64,000 nt of DNA from Nanobdellota archaeon (GCA_021813435.1 JAKAKR010000012.1:9982-73981); one strand, 5' to 3'; shown: positions 48,984 to 58,520, numbered from the stretch's first letter. Notes: generated by a model not told the origin, from the letters alone. Numbers and translations are program-made.

Positions 48984-49146
48984 ATCACTGGACTCATGTC
49001 AAGTCTATTGAGCAGTTTACGTTTGAAAATAGGTCGGACTTGACAAGCAAATTCTCAGAAATTGACAGTGGACAAATTATTATTGCATAATCTTAACACT
49101 GGACTTCCTCCAAAATTCTTTTCTACATATTTCCTATTTCTCACTG

Positions 49147-49640
49147 TTGGTCTCACTGTCGGTTTTGATTTTTTGCCTACAGGTTTGCCTACTGGTTTCA
49201 ATTCAGGCGGTTAGTTTCTCGGTTAGCTTTCAAAATGTGATTTGCCACTACAGGGTTCACTACTGGCTTCAATTTTTAGAATCATCTTTATGTGTCCATT
49301 CTCATTTTCAGAGACTGCGTCTGAGACTGGGTTTCAATATGTCCCCTTCCCTTCTTAGCCTGTTAGAAAGCCGGTTTACACCAAAAACACAACAAAAATG
49401 GTTTATATACCCCCGCCCCTCCGACTACTGGCTTGACTACAGGTTCCAAAAAAATCACTGTTAGATTCTCAGTTAGGACCATATGAACAAAGAAAGAGTT
49501 CTCACTTACCTTTCAGTTAAACCTGACTGTTAGACACCAAGAAAAAGTCAATTTCCTCAGTTAGACCCCCTGCCTGTCAGAACATCCGCCACTTAACGGA
49601 TAGGATTGACATCCACAGGGTGAACAATACGCTGTTGGAG
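49147..49640. repeat. Non-coding tract of degenerate short repeats (motifs ACTGG[CT]TTCAAT, CAGTTAG and ACTGTTAG recurring every ~70-95 bp).
   Basis: Examples are cctactggtttcaattcagg, cactactggcttcaattttt, gactgggtttcaatatg and gactactggcttgactacagg. There are also ctcagttaggacc, tttcagttaaacctgactgttag and cctcagttagacc. No long ORF is present. Confidence 0.5.
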
Positions 49641-49705
49641 GGTAGGATACCAAGAAGGATCATTGTTTAGAAAGATTAATAAAAACATCAAGCCATAGAA
49701 CGGTG

Positions 49706-50692
49706 ATGCAGAACCAAAAGCTACTTGAACAGAAATTTTTTGAAAGAATCAATCACAAGGGCAAATTAGAAGAGATATCCCGAAATGTCTGCCGGGATTA
49801 TAATTTAGGCGATTTTGTTTCCCACAAGCTTATCCCCATTGGTTATGAGGATTTCAATTATGCGCTGGAAACAGACAAGGGCAAGTATTTCGTCAAGGTG
49901 TTTGCAAAATCGCGGACAATCGGTGAATGCAAAAGAATAACCCGGATTATCAAAGAGACGTCATCTGCAAATGTTTCGACCCCAAAACTACATCAATCGA
50001 ATCAGGGGATATGCTATTCAATAAAAAATCCGCATACACAACTCCAGCTCTGCGTCCTTGAATATGTCGACGGCAAGACGATACACGACCTGCATAAACC
50101 ATTGACAAAAAAAGAGATACAATTCATTGCAAGACAGGCAGCGCGCATCAATACGCTTCACATAAAACCATCGTTCATCTATGATGAATGGGCAATACCT
50201 CATTTTTTGAGAGAATACCGCAAAAAGGGCAAGTATCTCAATGCGAAGGACCGCGCGCTCATTGATCAACTTATCACAGCGTATAAGAAATTAAAGTTGG
50301 ATACGCTCCCGCATGCATTTGTCCACGGCGATATATTAACGACTAATATTATCAAGGATACGCATAGAAGGCTATGGATAGTGGATTTTTCTGTAGCAAA
50401 CTATTATCCGAGAATTCAGGAACTTGCGGTTCTTGCATGCAATCCACTCTTCGATGAAAAGAACAAGGACAACAGCGAATACCAATTACAATTGGCGTTA
50501 AAAGAATACCAGAAGATCATTCCATTAACCCGAAGGGAGCAAGATGCACTGCCGACATACATCAAATTGGCGCATGCCATGCATCTATTATCAGCAAATT
50601 ACCAAAAAGTAGTCATGCATAATGTTTCTGAAGAGAATATATATTTCTTGAATCAGGGCAGAAACGGATTGAAACAGATGGGTAAATCATAG
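49706..50692 (+). CDS. Aminoglycoside phosphotransferase (APH)/choline-kinase-like family kinase.
   Basis: Catalytic loop HGDILTTNII (HGDxxxxN) and the metal-binding IVDFSVA (DFx equivalent). Length is 329 aa. Confidence 0.65.
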   Translation: MQNQKLLEQKFFERINHKGKLEEISRNVCRDYNLGDFVSHKLIPIGYEDFNYALETDKGKYFVKVFAKSRTIGECKRITRIIKETSSANVSTPKLHQSNQGICYSIKNPHTQLQLCVLEYVDGKTIHDLHKPLTKKEIQFIARQAARINTLHIKPSFIYDEWAIPHFLREYRKKGKYLNAKDRALIDQLITAYKKLKLDTLPHAFVHGDILTTNIIKDTHRRLWIVDFSVANYYPRIQELAVLACNPLFDEKNKDNSEYQLQLALKEYQKIIPLTRREQDALPTYIKLAHAMHLLSANYQKVVMHNVSEENIYFLNQGRNGLKQMGKS

Positions 50693-50700
50693 ATCATAAA

Positions 50701-50773
50701 TGGGCCCGACCGGATTCGAACCGGCGACCTTCTCCACGTCAAGGAGACGTCATAGCCACTAGACTACGAGCCC
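50701..50773 (-). tRNA. tRNA-Val (anticodon GAC).
   Basis: The reverse complement folds as a cloverleaf: acceptor GGGCTCG/CGGGCCC, anticodon stem TCTCC/GGAGA with loop TTGACGT, T-arm GCCGG-TTCGAAT-CCGGT, discriminator A. A TATA-like TTTATTTATAAA lies ~28 nt upstream (50796-50807). Confidence 0.8.
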
Positions 50774-50865
50774 ATTGCCATGCAAGATTCAAAATTTATT
50801 TATAAATGTAATGATTTATCGCGCGTCATCTTTAGCGCCCTATTTTTGCAGATGGCACGGTGTTA

Positions 50866-51714
50866 TCACGTCATCAACGGAATAAACACATACGCCGCGG
50901 CTGCGCAGATAAGAAGAACAATAAGGGATCGAAAGATAAAGAGCGTGAGTTTGTCCTGCGGATACGCGACAAGAACACCGCACGCTCCTGCAGAAATGAT
51001 CATAAGTGTCATGATGATCGGGGATTGTATCCCGGAAAAGAATATGATAATACAGCAGACGAGGAATGCGAAAAGCGCTGTACCCCGTCTTCCCAGAACT
51101 GTCGCAATGGTCTTTTGTCCTGCACGGATATCCGGAGTATAATCCGCGAGTGCTCCAAGGGCGTGGAATGCAGCGACCCCTCCTGCAAGAAATACTGCCT
51201 TAACAAGTATTGGTAGGGAATAGGTTCCCTGCAGAAGACCGACCATAAACAATAAGAGTACCATCACACCATTCGATAATGAGTCGACGATCGGCACTTC
51301 CTTGAATCGCAATGGCGGCGCAGAATAATAATACGCAAAGAACAAGAGCAGGATGATAAGAATCAGCGGATAATAATTATGGATCATGAACGCATCGCCG
51401 ATACTGAGGAGAAGAATGAGTATTCCTGCAAAGAATACTGCGCGGCGCATCAATGCATGCGCTTGAGGCTTGAGGACTGCCCCCTCAATCCCTCCCTTGC
51501 GGGAATTGCGCTTATCCGTAGGATAATCATAGATATCATTAGTCCCGAAGACAAAAAGTGAGAGCGCAATAGCAAAAAATACGCTAAAGATCATAAACCC
51601 CGGCGTCAGCACGCTCCTGCAGGCGTATGCGCCTGCAAGCAGGGTACAGAGTATGACAATCCAGAAGGCCGGCCTACTGGTCTTGAGAAGTACCCGCCAC
51701 TGTTTTTCTGACAT
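50866..51714 (-). CDS. UbiA-family prenyltransferase. Possibly the digeranylgeranylglyceryl phosphate synthase of archaeal lipid synthesis.
   Basis: NDIYDYPTDKRN (the NDxxDxxxD first Asp-rich motif). Length is 282 aa with 8-9 TM helices. Confidence 0.6.
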   Translation of the reverse strand: MSEKQWRVLLKTSRPAFWIVILCTLLAGAYACRSVLTPGFMIFSVFFAIALSLFVFGTNDIYDYPTDKRNSRKGGIEGAVLKPQAHALMRRAVFFAGILILLLSIGDAFMIHNYYPLILIILLLFFAYYYSAPPLRFKEVPIVDSLSNGVMVLLLFMVGLLQGTYSLPILVKAVFLAGGVAAFHALGALADYTPDIRAGQKTIATVLGRRGTALFAFLVCCIIIFFSGIQSPIIMTLMIISAGACGVLVAYPQDKLTLFIFRSLIVLLICAAAAYVFIPLMT

Positions 51715-51748
51715 AACACATATAAACCCGGAATGATTTAATAATGTT

Positions 51749-52261
51749 ATGGATAACTATTATGACGGCATTGCCGAAGGATACGAGGAATTGCATGGTG
51801 CAGAGCAATTGCAGAAACTTGCAATCATCAGGCATACACTTACTACGCAGCCGCAATTGAAGGGATTCATCAACCCCTCAGATTCACTTCTTGATGTGGG
51901 ATGCGGAACAGGCATTGGCACAGCATATTTTGACTGCGCGCGCCGTGTAGGAATTGATCCCAGCGCGCAACTTATCGCACGCGCGCGAAAAGGCGCATCA
52001 AGTTATAGTGTCGGATGCGCAGAGAAACTTCCGTTCTTCGACCACGAATTCGATGTCATTATCTCGCTTACCGCAATCCAGAACTTTGATGATATCAAGA
52101 AAGGTCTTTCTGAGATAAAACGCGTCGGAAAGAAGCGGTTCATCTTGACTGTTCTCCAGCGCAGCGAGAAGTATGCCCTGATTGATGAGATGATCAAAAA
52201 AACATTTACTGTCATCATGACCATTGCTGAGGAAAAAGACATGATCTATTTCTGTACATAA
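51749..52261 (+). CDS. Class I SAM-dependent methyltransferase.
   Basis: Motif I LLDVGCGTG. Length is 170 aa. Confidence 0.6.
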   Translation: MDNYYDGIAEGYEELHGAEQLQKLAIIRHTLTTQPQLKGFINPSDSLLDVGCGTGIGTAYFDCARRVGIDPSAQLIARARKGASSYSVGCAEKLPFFDHEFDVIISLTAIQNFDDIKKGLSEIKRVGKKRFILTVLQRSEKYALIDEMIKKTFTVIMTIAEEKDMIYFCT

Positions 52262-52357
52262 TAGTCTATCCTGCAAGAAATTATTCTATCGCAGATAAAA
52301 ATATAAAAGTATAAAAAGAGTTTTGTAAAGAAAAGTACATTACCAAAAAAAGTGTAT

Positions 52358-54061
52358 TTATTCTTTGAGCAGGTTCTCTGCAATGACTGCAAATGCAGGA
52401 CGGGTGATGAATACTCCGATGCTGATGCCAAGAACCGTGGTGATTGCAAATCCTTTCAAAAGACCGGCTCCGGCAAAGAGAAGCGGGATCATTGCAACGA
52501 CCAATGTGAAATAGCTTGCATACACAATAAAGAATGCATTCTTGATCTTATCTTTCCAGCCTAAGGATGAACTCGTATCAGAACGGTAATTGCCGCTGAT
52601 CTCATCAATGATGACCAGTTGACTATCAACGCCGGTACCGATAGCGATGATGATTGCTGCGACTGCAATCAAGTCTATGTTCCATCCGATGAGTGCTGCA
52701 GCGCCAAGAAGGATAATAACTTCAGAGATGAGCGTGATTGCAACAGGGATTGAGACCACAAGTTTGCGATAGCGCAACATGATGATTCCTACCACCAGAA
52801 TCATTGCGATGAGTCCAACAATAAGCGTGTTGCCGATGAACTGGTTGCCCAGAGTCGGGCTCATGGTATCGACATTGACGATCTGCAATTTGACCGGAAG
52901 CGATCCTGTGATAAGAATAGTCTGCAATCGCTTCATATTCTGCCCGGCGCTTGTCATTGCTTCCTGTTGTGTCGGGCCGCTGCCAGAACCCGATATGGAG
53001 ATGTCAGTTTCCGCGCGTCCTTTCAGGCTCTCGCCGATGCGCAGGGTATCAACTTTCTCGTCATCAAGATACAGGTCAAGGTTTTCTGCCAGAAATCCCT
53101 CGCCATTCTCGACAGTCACTGCCATATTCTTGGTGAGGTCTGCCTGCAATTGTGCAGCCTCAGGACTCATAGTGATTGCAAATACGAATTTACAATAATA
53201 CTGATTGCCTTGCTTTCCACATTGCTGGATGCGCGCGCAGTCAGCGGTCTTGCAGACATACTTGATGTCTGTTCCGCCACGGAACACTGTAGTATTGCCG
53301 ATCTTTCCCTCGAACTTGCCCTGTTTTGAGATGAGATCCTTGACTTCTTCATCGCTTGCACCGGCAATATCGACCTGGATGAATTTTTGTCCTTCAAGAT
53401 CAGAAGTTGTCTTGACCACAATGTCGCTGAGTCCGTACACATTCAGTCGTTGGGTCATGCCGTCCACAAGCGAGTCCAATTCATCCTGGGTCACATTGGT
53501 CTCAGGTTTCAAGAGTACGCTTGTTCCGCCCTGGAGATCAAGTCCCATGCGAATATTTGATGTCGGCGCATTATAGACTTTCAGTCCAATGTCATCTGCG
53601 CCGATGATTCGCGAGCTTGTCTTATTGACGAGTACCTCGGTTGTGGTATTGACTGTCTGGTTGAGTGTGGTATTAAAGTATGTCGTAGTCACATTCTGCC
53701 ATTCAGTCTCGTTGAGAATTGTGACCTCATATTTTGGCTTTACCACCACGCGATAGATTGAACTGGTGGTCTTGATCGAGAGCGTCGTGTTTGGCGTCAA
53801 TGATATCATGACTTTTGCATAATCATTCACGTTGGTGATAGGGATATTATTGATTGCGGTGATGACTTCACGCGACATTGGCGGAGCATTGGGCTTGGGA
53901 CTGGGAACTCCTGCAGCATAGGCCGCAGAATCCTTGACCACACTGCGGATCGCGACACCCTTTGCAAAGGGATTCGGGTGCAGTGCGATAAGTGCAAAGA
54001 CAAGACAGAGTATCAAAAGCCAGATCTTCCAGTTATGAAATATTTTTTTGATTGCACTCAT
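52358..54061 (-). CDS. secD: Protein-export membrane protein SecD.
   Basis: N-terminal TM, a ~350 aa extracytoplasmic domain and a C-terminal bundle of 5-6 TM helices (LISEVIILLGAAALIGWNIDLIAVAAIIIAIGTGVDSQLVI). It is adjacent to the secF-like gene. Confidence 0.65.
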   Translation of the reverse strand: MSAIKKIFHNWKIWLLILCLVFALIALHPNPFAKGVAIRSVVKDSAAYAAGVPSPKPNAPPMSREVITAINNIPITNVNDYAKVMISLTPNTTLSIKTTSSIYRVVVKPKYEVTILNETEWQNVTTTYFNTTLNQTVNTTTEVLVNKTSSRIIGADDIGLKVYNAPTSNIRMGLDLQGGTSVLLKPETNVTQDELDSLVDGMTQRLNVYGLSDIVVKTTSDLEGQKFIQVDIAGASDEEVKDLISKQGKFEGKIGNTTVFRGGTDIKYVCKTADCARIQQCGKQGNQYYCKFVFAITMSPEAAQLQADLTKNMAVTVENGEGFLAENLDLYLDDEKVDTLRIGESLKGRAETDISISGSGSGPTQQEAMTSAGQNMKRLQTILITGSLPVKLQIVNVDTMSPTLGNQFIGNTLIVGLIAMILVVGIIMLRYRKLVVSIPVAITLISEVIILLGAAALIGWNIDLIAVAAIIIAIGTGVDSQLVIIDEISGNYRSDTSSSLGWKDKIKNAFFIVYASYFTLVVAMIPLLFAGAGLLKGFAITTVLGISIGVFITRPAFAVIAENLLKE

Positions 54062-54094
54062 GGTACTAGTATCCTTTATTTTCGATCATATCTT

Positions 54095-55330
54095 TTACTT
54101 CCAACCCTTCCGCTCAAGATGCCAGCGCAGGATTCCTGCATTCTGGATCCAGGTGAACACAATATCGCCGACTAATCCTACGGCAAGGATGAACATGATT
54201 TCCTTGATAACATCAGAACTCGTGAAAAAGTATGCTGAGAGCACTGCAATGAGCGCTGAAAATGACATCATAAGACCGGTCTTCATTGCGCCGATCATGC
54301 GATCAAACACTGCGCCCTCTCTTCGCTTGAGGACGCGAACTGACATCAGAATATCAGTGTCAATGCTGTAACCGACGAGCATGAGGAATGCTGCGACTCC
54401 AGCAATATTGAGTTTCATGCCGGATAAGTTGAATATGGCAAGTGAAAAAAAGATATCAGAGATCGCGCAGAGGATGATTGCAAAACTGGGAACACTCGTG
54501 CGCAGATACATGACCATAAGGCCAACCCAAAGTATCAACGCCAGGATAATCGTGATCAGCGCGTGACCATAAAACATGATGATTCCTGCAAGGATTGAGA
54601 CACCGGTCGCAATCCACTTCAATTTTATTCCTTCACCAAAATAGAGGAAGACAACAAGGCTCATAAAGAGAAATGCAATGAATACTGCCTTGAGTGTCTG
54701 CGTGAAAAATGAAGTGCCAAGGCTTGGACCGACTGCACGTACTGAGATGTCGGCAGCAGTGAGTTCAGGGAATTGTTCTTTTAATGTTGCGGTGAGTTCT
54801 GGCTCAGAGACTCCTGATGCATCAACGATGATTCCGCCGAATGATCCAGTCGTGCTGCTTCCAAAACTACGCACAGTGATATCGGCAGTAGGATACGCTT
54901 TTGCAAAATATCTTCCTACAGCGTCCGGATCAACAGTGTGGGAGAGCTGCGCAGTAAGCGTTATTCCGCCGGTCAGCGAAGCGCCTTTATGGACAATCTC
55001 TCCTGTTGTTGCGTATTGATAGCCGATAACTACAAGGGAGAATATCAAAAGAAGCATGGAAAAGAGCATAAGGGCTTTGTAATGTTTTTCATAGAGCCCG
55101 ATAATGATGTGGTGTTTTTGGTGATGGGATTCCTGCGATTCATGAACCGGTTTATGCGCATGATGCGCAGGCGCTTTGTGCTCAGAAGTGTGTTGATGCT
55201 TTTGCGTTCCAGAATTTTGCGCTCCTGCATTCTCTTCGCGCGGCGCAGCAGTGTTTTTTTGAGAAGGCGCAGGTGTTGCAACTGGTTCTCCTGCAGTATC
55301 CCCCTCATCCTGGATTATCTCATCACTCAT
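54095..55330 (-). CDS. secF: Protein-export membrane protein SecF with an N-terminal His/Ala/Gln-rich extension.
   Basis: TM1, a ~140 aa periplasmic domain and a C-terminal 5-TM bundle (GYSIDTDILMSVRVLKRRE). The N-terminal ~75 aa is low-complexity (HKAPAHHAHKPVHESQESHHQKHH). Confidence 0.65.
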   Translation of the reverse strand: MSDEIIQDEGDTAGEPVATPAPSQKNTAAPREENAGAQNSGTQKHQHTSEHKAPAHHAHKPVHESQESHHQKHHIIIGLYEKHYKALMLFSMLLLIFSLVVIGYQYATTGEIVHKGASLTGGITLTAQLSHTVDPDAVGRYFAKAYPTADITVRSFGSSTTGSFGGIIVDASGVSEPELTATLKEQFPELTAADISVRAVGPSLGTSFFTQTLKAVFIAFLFMSLVVFLYFGEGIKLKWIATGVSILAGIIMFYGHALITIILALILWVGLMVMYLRTSVPSFAIILCAISDIFFSLAIFNLSGMKLNIAGVAAFLMLVGYSIDTDILMSVRVLKRREGAVFDRMIGAMKTGLMMSFSALIAVLSAYFFTSSDVIKEIMFILAVGLVGDIVFTWIQNAGILRWHLERKGWK

Positions 55331-55802
55331 GATTTATGCGGATTGGTCATAATTTTATAAATATTTCTATTTTCAGATAATACAGGATTACTGATACAAT
55401 CCGGTCACGCTTTAAGGTCACGTCCATGATATACTAGTGGTACACGATATTGACATAATTATTGGCATACTATATATAGTAAGCGGATATACTGGACTGA
55501 TATAGGGTTAATAACAGATGTTGATGAGTGGTTAGAGACCACGGCCTGGTATAATTTAGCGTCTTCTCGCTCACGCAAATGTCTTTCACTGAATTAAAGG
55601 ATAAAGTCAATTTAAGTATCAAACGTTTCGTGTGTGCCATCTGCTTGCAGCGATCGATAATTATTAGAAAGAAAAATCTCTCTTGGAATCTCTGATTTTT
55701 CTTGCAGTTATGACATAAGTGCTGCAAGCCTTATGATGGCAAACACACTCAACTTGACTGCACTGAATTACGGTAATATTTTTAAATAGGAATACCCAGA
55801 GC

Positions 55803-56303
55803 ATGATGATGAAGAGGTGGAACAGTACTGCACAGATATCGCTCGAATACCTATTAATCATCGGGATATCGCTTGCAATACTCATCCCGACAAGCCTCTT
55901 TTTCTACCAATACACCCAATCATCCAATGAAGGGGTTATCCGCTCACAGATCGCAAAGATCGGCAACACCATGCTCAAGAACAGCGAGCAGATCTATGGG
56001 ATGGCTGAGGGGTCACGGGTAACTGTCGATATGGATTTTCCTGCAAACATCAACAGCATCACTGTCCTCAACAAGAATGAGATTGTCATCCAATATGAGC
56101 TGAGCAGCGGGACAAGCGAAGCAGTCTTCTACTCGCCGGTTGATATCACAACACCCATCAATCTCTCCACTAATGCAACGTGCACTGGCAATTGCACCCT
56201 GCTTCCCTGGACCAACTCAACCCTCGGGACATTTGCAGAAGGACTGCATCATATCAAATTCGAGTCAGAGACCAGTTTCGTGCTTATGAGCATCACTTCT
56301 TAA
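55803..56303 (+). CDS. Archaeal type IV pilin-like protein (class III signal peptide).
   Basis: The N-terminus KRWNSTAQISLEYLLIIGISLAIL resembles the prepilin QxSxEYL hydrophobic-helix signature. The extracellular domain is sequon-rich. Confidence 0.45.
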   Translation: MMMKRWNSTAQISLEYLLIIGISLAILIPTSLFFYQYTQSSNEGVIRSQIAKIGNTMLKNSEQIYGMAEGSRVTVDMDFPANINSITVLNKNEIVIQYELSSGTSEAVFYSPVDITTPINLSTNATCTGNCTLLPWTNSTLGTFAEGLHHIKFESETSFVLMSITS

Positions 56304-56304
56304 G

Positions 56305-56754
56305 ATGAGAAATAATATCAAGGCGCAATACAGTGTGGAATTTATCATACTGACCACATTCATGTTCTTTGTCTTTATCGTCATCTTTATTCTCGTACAG
56401 CACTATATGGTGTCCCACGTCAGCACCCTTGATGACACTGCTGCAGAGAATGTGATGAACAAGGTCCTCAATGAGATCAGGATTGCCGAGGCAGTCAGCG
56501 ACCATTATTTCCGCCAGTTCAGAATCCAAGAAACCATCAACGGCAAAACATACACGATTGCAATCATCCCGGGGGTTGGGAATAGTTCTGAGATTGTCAT
56601 CAAATACGCTGATGCGTCAAAAGAACGGATCTATTTTCTCGAATATTATATTAGTAATGAATCAACCATTGATCAGGGATGCAACAGCATCTCCAAGGAT
56701 AACGGCATTATCCTGCTCCGAACTGTTGCCGCAATCAATTGCACTGCGCAATAG
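56305..56754 (+). CDS. Archaeal type IV pilin-like protein (class III signal peptide).
   Basis: The N-terminus NNIKAQYSVEFIILTTFMFFVFIVIFIL has the K-A-Q cleavage-site pattern followed by a hydrophobic helix. Confidence 0.5.
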   Translation: MRNNIKAQYSVEFIILTTFMFFVFIVIFILVQHYMVSHVSTLDDTAAENVMNKVLNEIRIAEAVSDHYFRQFRIQETINGKTYTIAIIPGVGNSSEIVIKYADASKERIYFLEYYISNESTIDQGCNSISKDNGIILLRTVAAINCTAQ

Positions 56755-56953
56755 ACGCGTGTCTGTTCGACGATCATTTTGAAAGGATGCTCATCTTCAG
56801 GCAACGTATATGTTCTACTGCATGCGTCTTCTTCAATAAACTTTTTAAATGAGCGGCTTGATAGTCCACTCTTTTATCGAGAAAACAATCGATAAAAAGA
56901 GTGAATGGTGAAAAAGAGTAGTACGATAACACTGTTCTGTAACGTATTGATTG

Positions 56954-57622
56954 ATGGAGACTTCGCGTATGATTGCACAATTAAAAATAGTGTTCCAGGA
57001 TTTTTTTGACACAATTTTTGGAACCCAAAAAGTGATTAGGATCGGACTGTATGGTCCGCCCAACAGCGGCAAGACAACGCTTGCAAACCGGATCTGCAAA
57101 GATATTCTCAACTCTGAGGAGGATTTTGGCGAGGTTTCCAGCATCGCCCATGAAACGCGCAAGATCAATGTGAAAGAGCGTGTCATCATGGCGCGCAATG
57201 GCAAGAAGGTCATCTTTGACCTTATCGATACGCCCGGGATTGCAACGCGCATTGATTATGAGAAGTTTGCGCGTGCAGGCATGAGCGATCGCGAGGCAAA
57301 GCAGCGCGCAAAAGAGGCGACACGCGGCGTCATTGAATCCATCAAATGGCTCGACAAAGTCGACGTTGTCCTCATGGTCCTTGACTCAACAAAAAATCCC
57401 TATAATCAGGTCAATCTCACAATCATCGGAAATCTTGAGGCGCGCAAGATCCCCGTCATTATTGCCGCAAACAAGACCGACCTCAAATCGAGCAAACTGG
57501 ATCGGGTCACCCAATCATTCCCCAAATACCCCGTCATTGGCATCAGCGCAAGATTCTCAAAGAATATGGACGAATTCTATGATGCAGTGCTCAAGGCCAA
57601 AAAACATATCAGGAAGAGATAA
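56954..57622 (+). CDS. Small GTP-binding protein (P-loop GTPase).
   Basis: G1 GPPNSGKT, G3 DTPG and G4 NKTD motifs. It is translationally coupled to the next two genes. Confidence 0.7.
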   Translation: METSRMIAQLKIVFQDFFDTIFGTQKVIRIGLYGPPNSGKTTLANRICKDILNSEEDFGEVSSIAHETRKINVKERVIMARNGKKVIFDLIDTPGIATRIDYEKFARAGMSDREAKQRAKEATRGVIESIKWLDKVDVVLMVLDSTKNPYNQVNLTIIGNLEARKIPVIIAANKTDLKSSKLDRVTQSFPKYPVIGISARFSKNMDEFYDAVLKAKKHIRKR

Positions 57623-57623
57623 G

Positions 57624-58106
57624 ATGCTCACATTCCAATATATCCCCTCTGCACGTATCGCGCAGCTTAGCGCTGAAGAGAAAATCAAACTCATTCTTGC
57701 ACTGATCAAAGAACACAAGGTGTTGATCATCGAAGGCAGACTGCAACCTGCAGAAGAAGTAGCATTAATCGCGCGCACCATGGACAATCTCTATGAGGAG
57801 TTTACTGCATTCAAGGGTATTGAGATCGGAATATTGCAGAATACCGTGCCGGCGCCGGAAATTTCAGGATTCAAGAGATTCAAAAAGAGACTTGCATCCA
57901 TGCTTGTCAAAGAAGAGCCGCGGCCAGAAGGCATCACTATCATCGGTCCTGCAAAGATCATAAAAGAGATCAAGGAAGAGCCTGAAAAACTTGAGATGCA
58001 TTTCCAGAAGATGTTTCTGCAATCACACCTGAAGATTCCGCGTAACACTGCAAAGAAAAAGCGCAAAAGCGTATCGGGAAAAAAGGGTAACCAGAGGAAA
58101 AGATAA
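57624..58106 (+). CDS. Small protein coupled to the GTPase (DUF2073-like?) with a Lys-rich C-terminal tail.
   Basis: The ATG at 57624 follows the GTPase stop by 1 nt. The track ORF 57333-58106 includes a spurious 97-codon 5' extension in a different frame from the GTPase. Confidence 0.4.
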   Translation: MLTFQYIPSARIAQLSAEEKIKLILALIKEHKVLIIEGRLQPAEEVALIARTMDNLYEEFTAFKGIEIGILQNTVPAPEISGFKRFKKRLASMLVKEEPRPEGITIIGPAKIIKEIKEEPEKLEMHFQKMFLQSHLKIPRNTAKKKRKSVSGKKGNQRKR

Positions 58107-58447
58107 TGCAGCACAAATGCACCAATTGCGGGATGGTGTACGCCAAGGATTCTGACGAGATACTGCAGGGCTGCAGTTGCGGAAACAAGCTCTTCTATTT
58201 TATTGGCGACGGAAAAAAGAAGGAGAGTACGACATCAGTCGGATACGCTACAGAGATCACTGTTGACGATGACGACCAGGGGATGATTGTCTTTGATACT
58301 GAGGCAGTCAATATCATTGCAAACGGCAAGTATGAGATCGACATCAACGCGCTCATCAGCACGCCGGAAAGCATTGTCTATTGTTATGGCGACGGAAAGT
58401 ACAGCATTGACATTAGTGACAATCCAAAAATCCGGCGCAAGAAATAG
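58106..58447 (+). CDS. Zn-ribbon-containing protein (DUF2072-like).
   Basis: CTNCG...CSCGN forms the ribbon. The ATG overlaps the previous stop (TAATG). Confidence 0.5.
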   Translation: MQHKCTNCGMVYAKDSDEILQGCSCGNKLFYFIGDGKKKESTTSVGYATEITVDDDDQGMIVFDTEAVNIIANGKYEIDINALISTPESIVYCYGDGKYSIDISDNPKIRRKK

Positions 58448-58520
58448 ACCATAATAACACCCCGATAGATGAGTACTAAACAAGAGTAATATTTTTATAT
58501 TGCTTCTTATTCCACGGGCC

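Noticed and set aside
49147-49464. A 105-aa plus-strand ORF in the repeat tract.
   Set aside because: It lies entirely within degenerate repeats and has low-complexity Leu/Ser/Phe composition. It is likely non-coding.
57333-57623. 5' extension of the 257-aa ORF overlapping the GTPase gene in another frame.
   Set aside because: The first 97 codons overlap the well-supported GTPase. The internal ATG at 57624 lies 1 nt after the GTPase stop and gives a clean coupled operon.
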